64,000 nucleotides of DNA from an uncultured Planctomycetales bacterium (GTDB lineage Bacteria > Omnitrophota > Gorgyraeia > Zapsychrales > JANLHA01). Under the pieces are notes generated by a model. It worked only from the letters and a program-made list of their open reading frames with translations. It had not been told where the DNA came from and made no database searches. The stretch is from assembly GCA_964374105.1 (NCBI GenBank), contig CAYJXI010000002.1, forward strand, positions 57,730 to 121,729, in the 5' to 3' direction. Both the position numbers and the translations under genes were made by a program. How positions within the stretch are numbered: position 1 is the first letter of the stretch; each line of letters opens with the position of its first letter. Shown one piece after another: positions 17,206 to 26,970 of the stretch.

Positions 17206-17332
17206 GTTTCATAACCTTCCTTTGTCATTCCCGAATGCCTTAATCGGAAATCCAAAGGAGAATTTTCCTCGGGCTGGATTCCTGCTTTCGCAGGAATGAC
17301 ATCGGAGACAGGTGATTTAGGGGTTATGAAAC
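17206..17332. mobile_element. MITE-like element: an 11-bp terminal inverted repeat flanking a REP palindrome
   Basis: The TIRs are gtttcataacc and ggttatgaaac. The inner palindrome reads gtcattcccgaatgccttaatcgg...ctgctttcgcaggaatgac. The minus-strand ORF 17073..17357 runs through it and is probably spurious. Confidence 0.5.
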
Positions 17333-17360
17333 CAGTTCTAATAAAATAGGATTTCAATTT

Positions 17361-17699
17361 ATGATCTATAGACCTGAACGCAGAAGAGATAAACGGGCTT
17401 TATGTCTGGTGCCGATTGAGTCTAAGCTGGGGACCTTGTTTGAGGGGATTAAGACTGTCGATATTAGTCTAGGAGGAATGGGATTTGTTTCCAAGAAGAA
17501 ACTTCCTCTTCATCAGAAAATGGCCATTGAAATAGAATTGATCCCTCAAGAAAGACCGATCCTTGTATTAGGCAAGGTGAGGTGGTTGACTCCTTTTTCT
17601 CAAGCGCGGTTATATCGCATTGGTTTGCAATTTGAAGGCGTTTTACAATATCCTTCAAGGTTACGGTTGAATAAATATATGAAATCAAGAGAAAAATAA
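17361..17699 (+). CDS. PilZ domain protein (c-di-GMP receptor-like)
   Basis: RRRDKR...DISLGGMGF matches the PilZ RxxxR ... DxSxxG motifs. Confidence 0.6.
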   Translation: MIYRPERRRDKRALCLVPIESKLGTLFEGIKTVDISLGGMGFVSKKKLPLHQKMAIEIELIPQERPILVLGKVRWLTPFSQARLYRIGLQFEGVLQYPSRLRLNKYMKSREK

Positions 17700-17759
17700 A
17701 ATTCTCTTTAGTGCTGGTTCGGGGATTTTAAAATTATTCTTGGTCAAGAGAAAGGATAT

Positions 17760-18095
17760 TTGCCGGTGAAAAATAATCGTATTTTTGAGCGATTCCCAGC
17801 AAGATTTCCAGCGAAATTTAGGAATTCTTTTAATGATTTTGGTACCAATGTCTTTTTAAGGAATGCCTCTGCCTCCGGGGTTAAAATTACAACCCATGAG
17901 AAGTTATTTCAAAATGATAGCGTCTCCTTATTGGTTAAATTACCGGATGGCCACGATCCCTTGGTTTTGAATTGTCAGGTTATTTGGTCTAAAAATAGAG
18001 ATCCCAATCTATGGGATGTGGGATTAAAACTCTATAAAATCAACTTTATGCAGATACAAAGATTATTTAAATTGGTAGAAGACAGCAGTCTGTGA
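17760..18095 (+). CDS. PilZ domain protein, second tandem copy
   Basis: NNRIFERFP...RNASASGVKI is PilZ-like. It lies directly downstream of the first PilZ gene. Confidence 0.5.
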   Translation: MPVKNNRIFERFPARFPAKFRNSFNDFGTNVFLRNASASGVKITTHEKLFQNDSVSLLVKLPDGHDPLVLNCQVIWSKNRDPNLWDVGLKLYKINFMQIQRLFKLVEDSSL

Positions 18096-18271
18096 AAAGA
18101 TTTCTTATCCTTGATCTTTATAGGCAGGATGTTTTGCAATTCCTTCTTTAATCTTTTATAAAAATCTTGACCAGAAAATCCCCGTGTGTTAAACTCCCCA
18201 ATATTTATTAATCAGAAAAATTCTTTACAAGATTTAACCTTAGTAATTTTTTTAGAAATGGAAAATAATAG

Positions 18272-20689
18272 ATGAAGTACGGGCATTTCTCCAAAGACGG
18301 ACTTGAATACATCATCACTGATCCTAATACTCCTCGCCCTTGGATCAATTATCTGACTAACGAACAATATTGCTGTATTATCTCGCAATGCGCTGGTGGT
18401 TATAGTTTTTATAAAGATTGTCGAACGAATCGGATCACGCGGTGGCTTCCGGAAAATTGGCATTTTGACCGACCAGGGAAATATCTTTTTATCCGCGATA
18501 AAAATAAAGTTTGGTCTTTAACTTACCAACCTCTTCGCGTCAAGCCGAAGTTTTTTCAATGCCGTCATGGACTAGGTTACACGGTTATTGAATCTCTAAA
18601 TCAGGGAGTAAAATCCAAGGTCACTTATTTTGTCCCCCCCAAGGATGATTGTGAAGTTTGGCTTGTGGAATTGACTAATACAACCAAAAAAGAGAGGGCC
18701 CTTGAGATTTATCCTTATGTGGAATTCCTTATTGGCGATTATCAGGAGGAACTCCGTTATCGCAATATCATGAATCTTTACAACCGTGTTTGGTTTGACA
18801 AATCCCGTCAGGCTGTCTTTGCCAAAAAGACCGCCATGTGGCAAGGGATGAATATCCAGCCTTTTGACACCTTGGTTTTTTTTGCTTCTTCCTTAGTGGT
18901 GAAAGGATGTTGCACTCATAAAGATACCTTTTTGGGAAGATATAATACTGAGGAAAAACCGGAAAGTATATTTCAGGGGAAATTCAAAAATTTCCTTTTG
19001 TGTTCGGGAGAAGAGGGAATCGGATCCTTTAAACACATTGTTCGTCTTAACCCCAGCGATACAAAAGAATTTACGGTGATCCTAGGGCAAACCACGGGAA
19101 TACCGGAAATTGCCAAGATCTTAACAAAATATAGGGATGTGAAGAATGCCAAAAAGGAGCTTACAAATACAAAAGAGCTTTGGCGTAAAAGGATTTTGGA
19201 TAATATCATGATTGATACCCCGGATAAAGATTTTAATTCGTTATACAATATTTGGGTAAAGTATCAAGTTTATATGTGTAATCTTTGGTCACGTTCTCCC
19301 AGTTATTATCATGAAGGTTCCGGAGGCAGGGGTTATCGAGATTCAGCCCAAGATTTAGAAGCGATTGTCTCCATCAATCCAAAATTGACTCGTCAAAAAA
19401 TTTTAAAAATTGCCTCTTTGATCCGACGGGATGGCACCTCGGCTCCAGGCTGGTCGGATACCTCCGGCCCATATAAACACCGTCCCAATAAAGATCATCC
19501 GATTTGGCTTACCGCTACTGTCAGTGCTTATATCAAAGAGACCGGAGACAAGGACGTTTTGTTTGAGTACGCCCCTTATTTAAAAGACCATTGGCGAGGA
19601 GGCTGGGAGATGGATCCAAATTATAAAGGAGGAAGCCAAACGGATGGGGAAGGGACGCTTTTGGAGCATTTAGAAAAAAATTTACAATTTTGTTTTAATG
19701 ATGTGGGGGAAAAAGGATTTCCTCGTATTGGCCATGCCGATTGGAATGATGCCATTGATGCGGCAGGGATTCGCCATAAAGGAGAAAGTGTTTGGTTAGC
19801 CCAGGCCTTGGTTCGGTCATTGAAAATATTGGCAGAAATTTTTGATTTGATTGGGAATGAAAAAAAGAAAACGGAATACCTGCAAATGGCTAAGACCATG
19901 GATGAACGCATCAACTCCATTGCCTGGGATGGGGAATGGTATACCCGAGGTTATGATGACGATGGGCTGGCTTATGGGAGCAAACAGGATAAAGAAGGAA
20001 AGATTTTCTTAAATACTCAGGCTTGGGCCATTTTAGCGGGGGTGGCTAGGGGAGAGAGATTAAAAACTGTCATCCAATCGGTTGATCAGTATCTGAATGG
20101 TCCTCACGGTTTGGCTTTATTTTATCCCGCCTATTCTTCTTGGGTTAAACGGTTAGGCCGCATCAGTATGTTCTCGGAAGGAACAAAAGAAAACGCTGCT
20201 GTTTTCTGCCATGCCGCTACATTTATGACAGTAGCTTTGGCGATGAGTGGCTATGGCGATAAGGCTCATGAGGCTATGCGCAAAATTATGCCCAATGCCC
20301 AAAAAGATATGGAAATTTATAAAACCGAACCCTATGTCTTTGCCGAATATCTTGTAGGGCCTCAGAATCCTTATCGATATGGAGAGGGGGCCTTTACTTG
20401 GATCACCGGTTCCTCGGGGTGGCAATTTATGTTGGCCACCGAATGGATTTTAGGTGCTAGACGAGATTACCAAGGATTAAGGATCGATCCTTGCATCCCT
20501 AAGAAGTGGAAAAAATGTTTTATCCGACGTCCGTTTCGCGGGGATATTTATGATATTGAGATTACGAATCCTTTTGGTAAGGAACACGGCGTTAAGCAAG
20601 TCTTCATCGATGGGAAAGAAATCGATGGGGATCTCATTGTTCCTTTTCAAGATGGGAGGATTCATCGAGTCAAAGTCATCATGGGTTGA
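18272..20689 (+). CDS. GH94 family glycoside phosphorylase (cellobiose / cellodextrin / chitobiose phosphorylase-like)
   Basis: 805 aa. The N-terminus MKYGHFSKDGLEYIITDPNTPRPWINYLTN matches the conserved start of cellobiose phosphorylases. Confidence 0.8.
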   Translation: MKYGHFSKDGLEYIITDPNTPRPWINYLTNEQYCCIISQCAGGYSFYKDCRTNRITRWLPENWHFDRPGKYLFIRDKNKVWSLTYQPLRVKPKFFQCRHGLGYTVIESLNQGVKSKVTYFVPPKDDCEVWLVELTNTTKKERALEIYPYVEFLIGDYQEELRYRNIMNLYNRVWFDKSRQAVFAKKTAMWQGMNIQPFDTLVFFASSLVVKGCCTHKDTFLGRYNTEEKPESIFQGKFKNFLLCSGEEGIGSFKHIVRLNPSDTKEFTVILGQTTGIPEIAKILTKYRDVKNAKKELTNTKELWRKRILDNIMIDTPDKDFNSLYNIWVKYQVYMCNLWSRSPSYYHEGSGGRGYRDSAQDLEAIVSINPKLTRQKILKIASLIRRDGTSAPGWSDTSGPYKHRPNKDHPIWLTATVSAYIKETGDKDVLFEYAPYLKDHWRGGWEMDPNYKGGSQTDGEGTLLEHLEKNLQFCFNDVGEKGFPRIGHADWNDAIDAAGIRHKGESVWLAQALVRSLKILAEIFDLIGNEKKKTEYLQMAKTMDERINSIAWDGEWYTRGYDDDGLAYGSKQDKEGKIFLNTQAWAILAGVARGERLKTVIQSVDQYLNGPHGLALFYPAYSSWVKRLGRISMFSEGTKENAAVFCHAATFMTVALAMSGYGDKAHEAMRKIMPNAQKDMEIYKTEPYVFAEYLVGPQNPYRYGEGAFTWITGSSGWQFMLATEWILGARRDYQGLRIDPCIPKKWKKCFIRRPFRGDIYDIEITNPFGKEHGVKQVFIDGKEIDGDLIVPFQDGRIHRVKVIMG

Positions 20690-20729
20690 TCCCCATGTTT
20701 ATTATATCCTTTGTTGGCTTAAGTCGGTT

Positions 20730-20758
20730 TTGACAAATTTCTGTTGGCGTGTTAAAAT
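20730..20758 (+). promoter_or_regulatory. Strong sigma70-type promoter for the sugar ABC operon
   Basis: TTGACA (20730-20735), a 17-nt spacer, then TAAAAT (20753-20758). Confidence 0.55.
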
Positions 20759-20835
20759 GCACCCTTTGAATTAGCCACATTTCTTTTTGCAATTGGAGGC
20801 AAATGGTTGGCGAACATTGATCATTCCACCCATTT

Positions 20836-20869
20836 CCAAACACCCGGTGTTTGGAGACAGGTGTTTGGG
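20836..20869 (+). promoter_or_regulatory. Perfect 19-bp palindrome plus a half-site repeat between the promoter and the ABC binding-protein gene; a candidate operator
   Basis: ccaaacacccggtgtttgg is a perfect palindrome. It is followed by agacaggtgtttggg, which repeats the right half-site. Confidence 0.4.
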
Positions 20870-20896
20870 ATGACCAAAATGTAGCCTTTAAATTCA

Positions 20897-22204
20897 ATGA
20901 ACATAAATAAAAAAATTTTTCTTACCATCCAATTCTTCCTGTTATCCCTTCTTCTTTTCTTTCCATTAGGATGTTTCAACAGAGTAAAAAATCCGAATAC
21001 CCTTGTCGTATGGCATTGGATGACGGATCGTCATGAGGTCTTTGAAACATTAGCAGAAAAATACGAAAAAGAAACTGGTAATAAAATTATTTTTGAACTC
21101 TATGCGCCTTCCGATGTTTACTCACAGAAAGTGGTTGCTGCTGCTCAGGCAAAAATTTTACCCGATATCTTTGGGATCTTGGATAAAAAGTCAATTGTCG
21201 CCTCTTTCATTGAAAGCGGGTTTGTAGCGGATTTGTCCGAAGAGTTCAAAAAAGATGATGCGGCTTGGGAGAAAACTTTCTTCCCTAAGGCTTTGGCGGT
21301 CAATCGCTTTGAGGAAGGCAACTCCTATCATATCAAACCCGGCATTTATGGAGTTCCCATTGATGTAACAAATATTCAAATGCTTTATAACAAAAAGTTA
21401 TTGAAGAAAGCAGGTATTGACCAACCTCCAAAAACATTTGCGGAATTACTTGAGGCGAGCGAGGCTCTCAAACGCGTTGGGATAGCAGGAATTGTTTCAG
21501 GCTGGGGGGAACTTTGGATGGCAGAGTGTTTCGCCTCAAATTATGCCTTTAACATCATGGGAGAAGAAAAAGTGATGGCCACATACCGAGGGGAAATCCC
21601 CTACACTGATCCGGATTGGATCAAAGTTTTTGATATATTCGCCCAGCTGAGAGACAAAGGAGCTTTGGCAGAAGGGATTGTGACAAAAGCAAATAAATAT
21701 GCGGAACAAGATTTTGCCTTAGAGCGAGCTGCGTTTGCCTTTAATGGTTCCTGGGGTGTGAATGAATATCATAAAAGGAATCCGGAATTAGAGTATGGGG
21801 CCATGCTCCCACCTGCGATAAATGACAAATTACCGATGAAAATATGGGGGGGAGCTGGGTCATCATTTAAAGTTAATAATCATTCAAAGAATAAGGACAA
21901 GGCTATTGCTTTTTTAAAATGGTTAACGGCCAAAGAACAACAGGTCTTTCTAGCTCAGCAGACAAAAAATTTGCCCTCGAATAGAGATGCTTTAGCTTCT
22001 ATCCCTAAGATACTTTCAGAATTTGCCATGGTCATGGATCATACAACACATCCTACGATCTGGCCCATTAATGAAGATGCCCTTGTGACCGAGGCTTTTG
22101 ATAAAGGGCTGCAAGCCATTATGATAGGGGAAATGACCCCTCAAGAAGTTGCCCAAGAGGTGCAAGGAGTTAAGAAACGTCAGTTGGGAAAGACCAAAAG
22201 GTGA
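20897..22204 (+). CDS. ABC transporter extracellular solute-binding protein (carbohydrate, family 1)
   Basis: 435 aa with an N-terminal signal/lipobox-like sequence (LLLFFPLGCF) and a sugar-SBP fold. Two MalF/MalG-type permeases follow. Confidence 0.8.
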   Translation: MNINKKIFLTIQFFLLSLLLFFPLGCFNRVKNPNTLVVWHWMTDRHEVFETLAEKYEKETGNKIIFELYAPSDVYSQKVVAAAQAKILPDIFGILDKKSIVASFIESGFVADLSEEFKKDDAAWEKTFFPKALAVNRFEEGNSYHIKPGIYGVPIDVTNIQMLYNKKLLKKAGIDQPPKTFAELLEASEALKRVGIAGIVSGWGELWMAECFASNYAFNIMGEEKVMATYRGEIPYTDPDWIKVFDIFAQLRDKGALAEGIVTKANKYAEQDFALERAAFAFNGSWGVNEYHKRNPELEYGAMLPPAINDKLPMKIWGGAGSSFKVNNHSKNKDKAIAFLKWLTAKEQQVFLAQQTKNLPSNRDALASIPKILSEFAMVMDHTTHPTIWPINEDALVTEAFDKGLQAIMIGEMTPQEVAQEVQGVKKRQLGKTKR

Positions 22205-22218
22205 TAAAAACGGTTAGT

Positions 22219-22251
22219 CAGTAGGGGCGACCCGGCGGGTCGCCCCTACTT
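22219..22251 (+). terminator. Intra-operon hairpin (partial terminator) between the SBP gene and the permease genes
   Basis: agtaggggcgacccggcgggtcgcccctact forms a perfect 13-bp stem with a short T tract. Confidence 0.5.
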
Positions 22252-22262
22252 TAGGGATTATC

Positions 22263-23189
22263 ATGGAAGGTTATAAAACTCAAAGGTCTTTGTCGGCAAA
22301 GTTAAAAGATAAAACCGAAAATTTTTTTTTCATTGCCCCCGCTGTCGTTATCTTCTCAATTTTTTATGTTTATCCTTTCATCAATATCTTCCATTTATCT
22401 CTTTTTGAATGGAATGGAATCAGTCCAAGCCGAGAATTTGTCGGTTTAGATAATTTTAAAGAATTGATGTATGATAAGGTGTGGTGGTCATCCATGGGGC
22501 ATGCGGCCTATATCACCCTTATCGCGCTTACGTTTCAAAATGCCCTGGCCTTTGCCTTGGCACTTGCTTGTGACCGAGAAATCCGGCTTAAAAAATTTTA
22601 TCGAGTTGTTTTTTTTATTCCACCTGTTTTATCTGAGATCGTTATCGGGTTAATTTGGCAGTGGATCCTATATTCGGGAATTCACGATGGAGAATATATA
22701 GGATTATTAAATTATTTTCTCGATAAGGCAGGATTGCATCATTTGGCGCATAATTGGTTATCGGACCCTAAGACGGCTTTGACGTGTATTGCGGTTGTTC
22801 ACAGTTGGAAGGGATTCGGTTGGGGATTTATCATTTTATTGGCGGGATTGCAGACAATTGATCGACAATTGTATGAAGCCGCTCGCGTGGATGGAGCGGG
22901 AAGTTGGAATATATTCTTGAATGTGACTATCCCCTTGATGCTGCCGGTGATTGTCGTTGTTGTTATTTTAACAATTTTAGGATCGATGCAAGTGTTTGTT
23001 CTTATTCTCTCCATGGTAGGACAAGGTTTGGTTTACCATACTGAGGTGCCGGTGACAAGGATTCTGGCTTCCATGATGGGAACAAATCGTTTTGGTTATG
23101 CGTGTGCCCAGGGGGTAGTTTTTGGATTGATTTTGGTCGTTGTCTCTTTCACGCTCAAGCTTTTATCGAATAAAATGAAACAGGCCTAA
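22263..23189 (+). CDS. Sugar ABC transporter permease (MalF/UgpA-like)
   Basis: The EAA-loop region is EAARVDGAGSWNIFLNVTIPL. Six TM helices are predicted. Confidence 0.85.
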   Translation: MEGYKTQRSLSAKLKDKTENFFFIAPAVVIFSIFYVYPFINIFHLSLFEWNGISPSREFVGLDNFKELMYDKVWWSSMGHAAYITLIALTFQNALAFALALACDREIRLKKFYRVVFFIPPVLSEIVIGLIWQWILYSGIHDGEYIGLLNYFLDKAGLHHLAHNWLSDPKTALTCIAVVHSWKGFGWGFIILLAGLQTIDRQLYEAARVDGAGSWNIFLNVTIPLMLPVIVVVVILTILGSMQVFVLILSMVGQGLVYHTEVPVTRILASMMGTNRFGYACAQGVVFGLILVVVSFTLKLLSNKMKQA

Positions 23190-23280
23190 AAGCCTTCAGC
23201 CATCAGTTTTCAGTTATCAGAAAGAAGATAAAGCTTATGATTAACTGAGAGCTGATGACTGAAAGCTGAAAACTCAAATT

Positions 23281-24123
23281 ATGATCGAACGCTATAAAAT
23301 TATTCGTATCTTCAAATCGGTTGTCACCCATTTGTTATTGGGGAGTGTCACCTTGACGTGTTTATTGCCATTTTTTTGGATGGTAAGGTGTGCGTTGATG
23401 AGTGAAGATACGATTTTTACGGATAAATCTTTGATTCCTTCCCAATTGCATTTTGAAAATTTTTACTTGGCTTGGACCAAAGGAAACTTTGGAATTTATT
23501 TTTTGAATAGTGTGATTTATACGGCTACGGTCGTCATGGGTATTATTTTGATTTCCTCTTTAGCCGCCTTTGCTTTTTCCCGATTGAAATTCCCTGGGAG
23601 AAATTTATTCTATTTTGTGTTTGTGGCGGCGATGATGATCCCCTTGCCAGGAAGTTTTGTCCCTCTGTATGTGCTTATGAATAAATTAGGATTGGTGAAT
23701 AATCCGGTTGGATACATCATTTGTATGATCAATGTGGGATTGTCTTTGAGCATATTGCTTCTTAAAACATTTTTTGACAAAATGCCCTTGGATCTAGAAG
23801 ACGCCGCCAGAATTGACGGATGTTCCAAATTAGGGATCTGGTGGCATGTGGCCTTGCCCCTCGCTCGGCCGGCCATTGCGGTCATAGCTATCTTTAATTC
23901 CCTCAATGTTTGGAATGAGTACATCCTTGCTATGCTTTTATTGAATGATAAAAATTTAATGCCGCTCCAAAGGGGGTTGATGGTCTTTCAGGGACAACAT
24001 AGTGTTGATTATCATCTGTTGTTGGCGGGATTGACGATTACAGCCATTCCTATAATTATCATATATTTATTTATGCAAAAACATATTATTAAAGGGCTTT
24101 CCTCGGGTGCTATTGTAGGATAG
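23281..24123 (+). CDS. Sugar ABC transporter permease (MalG/UgpE-like)
   Basis: The EAA-loop region is EDAARIDGCSKLGIWWHVALPLARPA. Confidence 0.85.
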   Translation: MIERYKIIRIFKSVVTHLLLGSVTLTCLLPFFWMVRCALMSEDTIFTDKSLIPSQLHFENFYLAWTKGNFGIYFLNSVIYTATVVMGIILISSLAAFAFSRLKFPGRNLFYFVFVAAMMIPLPGSFVPLYVLMNKLGLVNNPVGYIICMINVGLSLSILLLKTFFDKMPLDLEDAARIDGCSKLGIWWHVALPLARPAIAVIAIFNSLNVWNEYILAMLLLNDKNLMPLQRGLMVFQGQHSVDYHLLLAGLTITAIPIIIIYLFMQKHIIKGLSSGAIVG

Positions 24124-24162
24124 CTTTTGTGTGATCCTGCCTGATGGCAGTCAGGTGTTGGC

Positions 24163-26586
24163 ATGAAGGATAGAGTGGTGAAATTCAAAATTCGATTCTT
24201 ATTAATTGGTGCTTGCCTTCCCGGGTTCTTACTGCAATCTGCCCTCCTTTCCTTTTCTCAAACAGAAAAGGATGTTCAATCAGCAGAAACTCCCGAACCT
24301 TCTGTTGAAGTCAACGAAACCACAATTCCTCCAGTGGAGAGTTCATCCAAACCGCCAGACGTGCCTTCCAAAGAGCTTGTCGGTCGAGCGTGGGAGGCCT
24401 CCAGCCAAGGCGACCTTAAAAAACTTGACTTTTTAGTGAATGAGTGTTTAACCCAATATGAAAGCCAAGCCAGAAGACTGCATGCTCAATTGAATGATTT
24501 CCCGGCGCGCGATAAGATTGAAGAATACCGGGTCATGAATGATGTGGCGACAATCCTCTTTGTTCAAGGGGAGGCCCTGATGAATTTTGGGAAAACAGAA
24601 GAGGCCATGGTTGTTTTTAAGAAAATTATTGATGAGTACAAATGGTCGCAGGCCTGGGATCCTCGGGGATGGTATTGGTCCATTGCCGAAAAAAGTCAAG
24701 CAAGTATCAATGTGATAACAGGCAATATCCCCGATGAAGAACCCGATAAAATTGAAGAACGCATAAAGACATTACCCAATTTGTTCACCAAGGGAAAAGA
24801 AAGTATTATTAATTATTTAAGATATGGTAACTTTTTTGAGGTTGGAACGCAGAATTATCGTTATGAGATCAAGGATCCCCAAGGCCTTTCTGCGGCTGTG
24901 GGAGAGGGGATTTATCCGAATACAGGATCGGTATTAAAAAATCCGGGTTACAAAAAGGCCCATGAAGAAGGGCGTCTGGGAGGGAGTCATTGGGATTTTG
25001 TGCACAGTGATGATCTGGAAGCCGCCTTTTACAAATGGGCGACAGCTCCGGAGCCTTGGGGGGTAAAGCTTTTTTATATTGGGATGATTTTTGAGAAGGC
25101 CAAAATGTATTTAGAGGCCATCAAGGCTTATCAGTCAATTGTTGTGCATTTTCCCCAATCGGTGGGATGGACCTATTGGCAGACTCCCTGGTATCCTGCC
25201 CAGGCAGCCATTGCTAAGATTAAACACATCATCCGCAGTCATCCGGAATTAAACCTCAAGGCCAAATGGATGAAAGTGGAGATAAAAAATGGGTTTGATA
25301 ATAATATCAGAAATGATATTGTCGTGACTTATCCTGGGGTGATCAAAAAGAAATCCGTTTGGGATCATCTGCAAGATAAGCTACCCGCGGCAAGATCCCA
25401 AGTGCAATTAGGCAAAATCAAAAAAAAGGTTGGTGAGGGAAAAGTCCAACTTCTTCAGTACGACAATGGTCACTGGCAATTGTTAGTCGAAGGAAAACCG
25501 TTCCTTATAAGAGGGATGACCTATCATCCCACTAAGGTTGGCCAAAGCCCGGATAAGGGAACTTTAGTCAGTTGGATGGATGTGGATATAAATAAAAATG
25601 GCCTTGCCGATGGGCCCTATGATTCTTGGGTGGATAAAAATAAAAACCATCAACAAGACCCGGATGAATCAGTCGTAGGAGACTTTCGATTGATGAAAGA
25701 ATTAGGGGTAAATACCCTTCGGGAATATCATCAGCCTTTCAAATTGAATAAAGATTTCTTAAGAAAGATGCATAAAGAATATGGATTTTATGTGATGTTA
25801 GGAGATTATTTAGGAAAATACACTTTGGGATCAGGGGCATCGTGGTTTGAAGGGACTGATTATGAAAATCCCGAACACCAAAAAAATATGATGGAAGCGG
25901 TTAAGAACATGGTTATGGAATTCAAAGACGAACCATATATTTTGCTTTGGATTTTAGGGAATGAAAATAATTATGGAGTAGCCTGTAATGCGGATCAAAA
26001 GCCCGAAGCCTATTTTAAGTTTGTCAATGAGGTTGCCAAAATGATGAAATCCATTGATCCCCATCATCCCATTGCCCTGTGTAACGGAGATACGTTATAT
26101 TTGGATGTGTTTGCGAAATATGCCACGGAAATTGATGTCTATGCGGCTAACGTCTATCGAGGAGATTATGGGTTTGGTTCCTTTTGGGAACAGGTTTCGG
26201 ATGCCTCTGGGAGGCCGGCCTTTATCACGGAATATGGAAGCCCGGCCTATGCCAGACATTTAGCGCTCGAGGAAGCAGAAGAAGCCCAGGCTAATTATCA
26301 TCGGGGAAATTGGCTAGATATTGAGTCCAATGCGGTGGGACAAAAAGAAGGAGTTGGAAATGCCTTGGGAGGGGTACTGTTTGAATGGGTCGATGAATGG
26401 TGGAAAAATTATGAGCCGTTTTATCATGATAAGAAATCCGATGCGATTGGTCCTTTCCCAGGAGGATATTATTATGAAGAATGGTTCGGGATCACCAGTC
26501 AAGGCAAAGGTAATCACAGCCCTTTTTTAAGACAGTTAAGAAAGAGTTATTTTACTTATAGAGAAATGTGGAATAAAGATAGGTAG
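24163..26586 (+). CDS. Secreted GH2-like TIM-barrel glycoside hydrolase with a novel N-terminal ~110-aa domain
   Basis: It has a signal peptide. The N-terminal domain is shared with ORF 26971-27831. The central region carries LacZ-like motifs (VNTLREYHQP like NAVRCSHYP; ILLWILGNENNYG like IIWSLGNESG). Confidence 0.5.
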   Translation: MKDRVVKFKIRFLLIGACLPGFLLQSALLSFSQTEKDVQSAETPEPSVEVNETTIPPVESSSKPPDVPSKELVGRAWEASSQGDLKKLDFLVNECLTQYESQARRLHAQLNDFPARDKIEEYRVMNDVATILFVQGEALMNFGKTEEAMVVFKKIIDEYKWSQAWDPRGWYWSIAEKSQASINVITGNIPDEEPDKIEERIKTLPNLFTKGKESIINYLRYGNFFEVGTQNYRYEIKDPQGLSAAVGEGIYPNTGSVLKNPGYKKAHEEGRLGGSHWDFVHSDDLEAAFYKWATAPEPWGVKLFYIGMIFEKAKMYLEAIKAYQSIVVHFPQSVGWTYWQTPWYPAQAAIAKIKHIIRSHPELNLKAKWMKVEIKNGFDNNIRNDIVVTYPGVIKKKSVWDHLQDKLPAARSQVQLGKIKKKVGEGKVQLLQYDNGHWQLLVEGKPFLIRGMTYHPTKVGQSPDKGTLVSWMDVDINKNGLADGPYDSWVDKNKNHQQDPDESVVGDFRLMKELGVNTLREYHQPFKLNKDFLRKMHKEYGFYVMLGDYLGKYTLGSGASWFEGTDYENPEHQKNMMEAVKNMVMEFKDEPYILLWILGNENNYGVACNADQKPEAYFKFVNEVAKMMKSIDPHHPIALCNGDTLYLDVFAKYATEIDVYAANVYRGDYGFGSFWEQVSDASGRPAFITEYGSPAYARHLALEEAEEAQANYHRGNWLDIESNAVGQKEGVGNALGGVLFEWVDEWWKNYEPFYHDKKSDAIGPFPGGYYYEEWFGITSQGKGNHSPFLRQLRKSYFTYREMWNKDR

Positions 26587-26970
26587 CTGATGGGCAGGCA
26601 TAATTTCAATAACTCAAATCGTATCAGAAATAAAACTCTCTAGAAACCAAAGGGTTAGAAAGTTTAAGAGTTAGAATTATGATTTAAAAATCATCCTAGA
26701 TCCGGTGGCCGGGGCCAGGGTAAATTTAATTTTGTCGAAATGGAAAAAAAATGTTAAACTTTTATAGCGAGCAAGTCAGGAAGTATATCGAAATTAACCA
26801 GAGGGGAGGTGTCGTGAAGTCATTAAAAAGGGAGAAATCTATAAATTCAATTGTATTTTCAAAGAAACTTCCGCAAAACATTCAAGGGTTAAGATAATTT
26901 AGAGATAAGCGTTTCATTTCACTAGAGAAAAGAAGTAAAATCTTCTTATAAAAATAGGAGGTAAGTTGCA

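Noticed and set aside
17073-17357. 94-aa minus-strand ORF encoding …DVIPAKAGIQPEENSPLDFRLRHSGMTKEG…
   Set aside because: It is read through a GC-rich palindromic MITE/REP element. Such ORFs are classic artefacts, and there is no RBS or coding-like periodicity outside the repeat.
23190-23280. Imperfect inverted repeat between the two permease genes
   Set aside because: The pairing cagccatcagttttcagtt / agctgatgactgaaagctgaaaact is short and interrupted. It is possibly a weak RNA structure but is not distinctive enough to call a feature.
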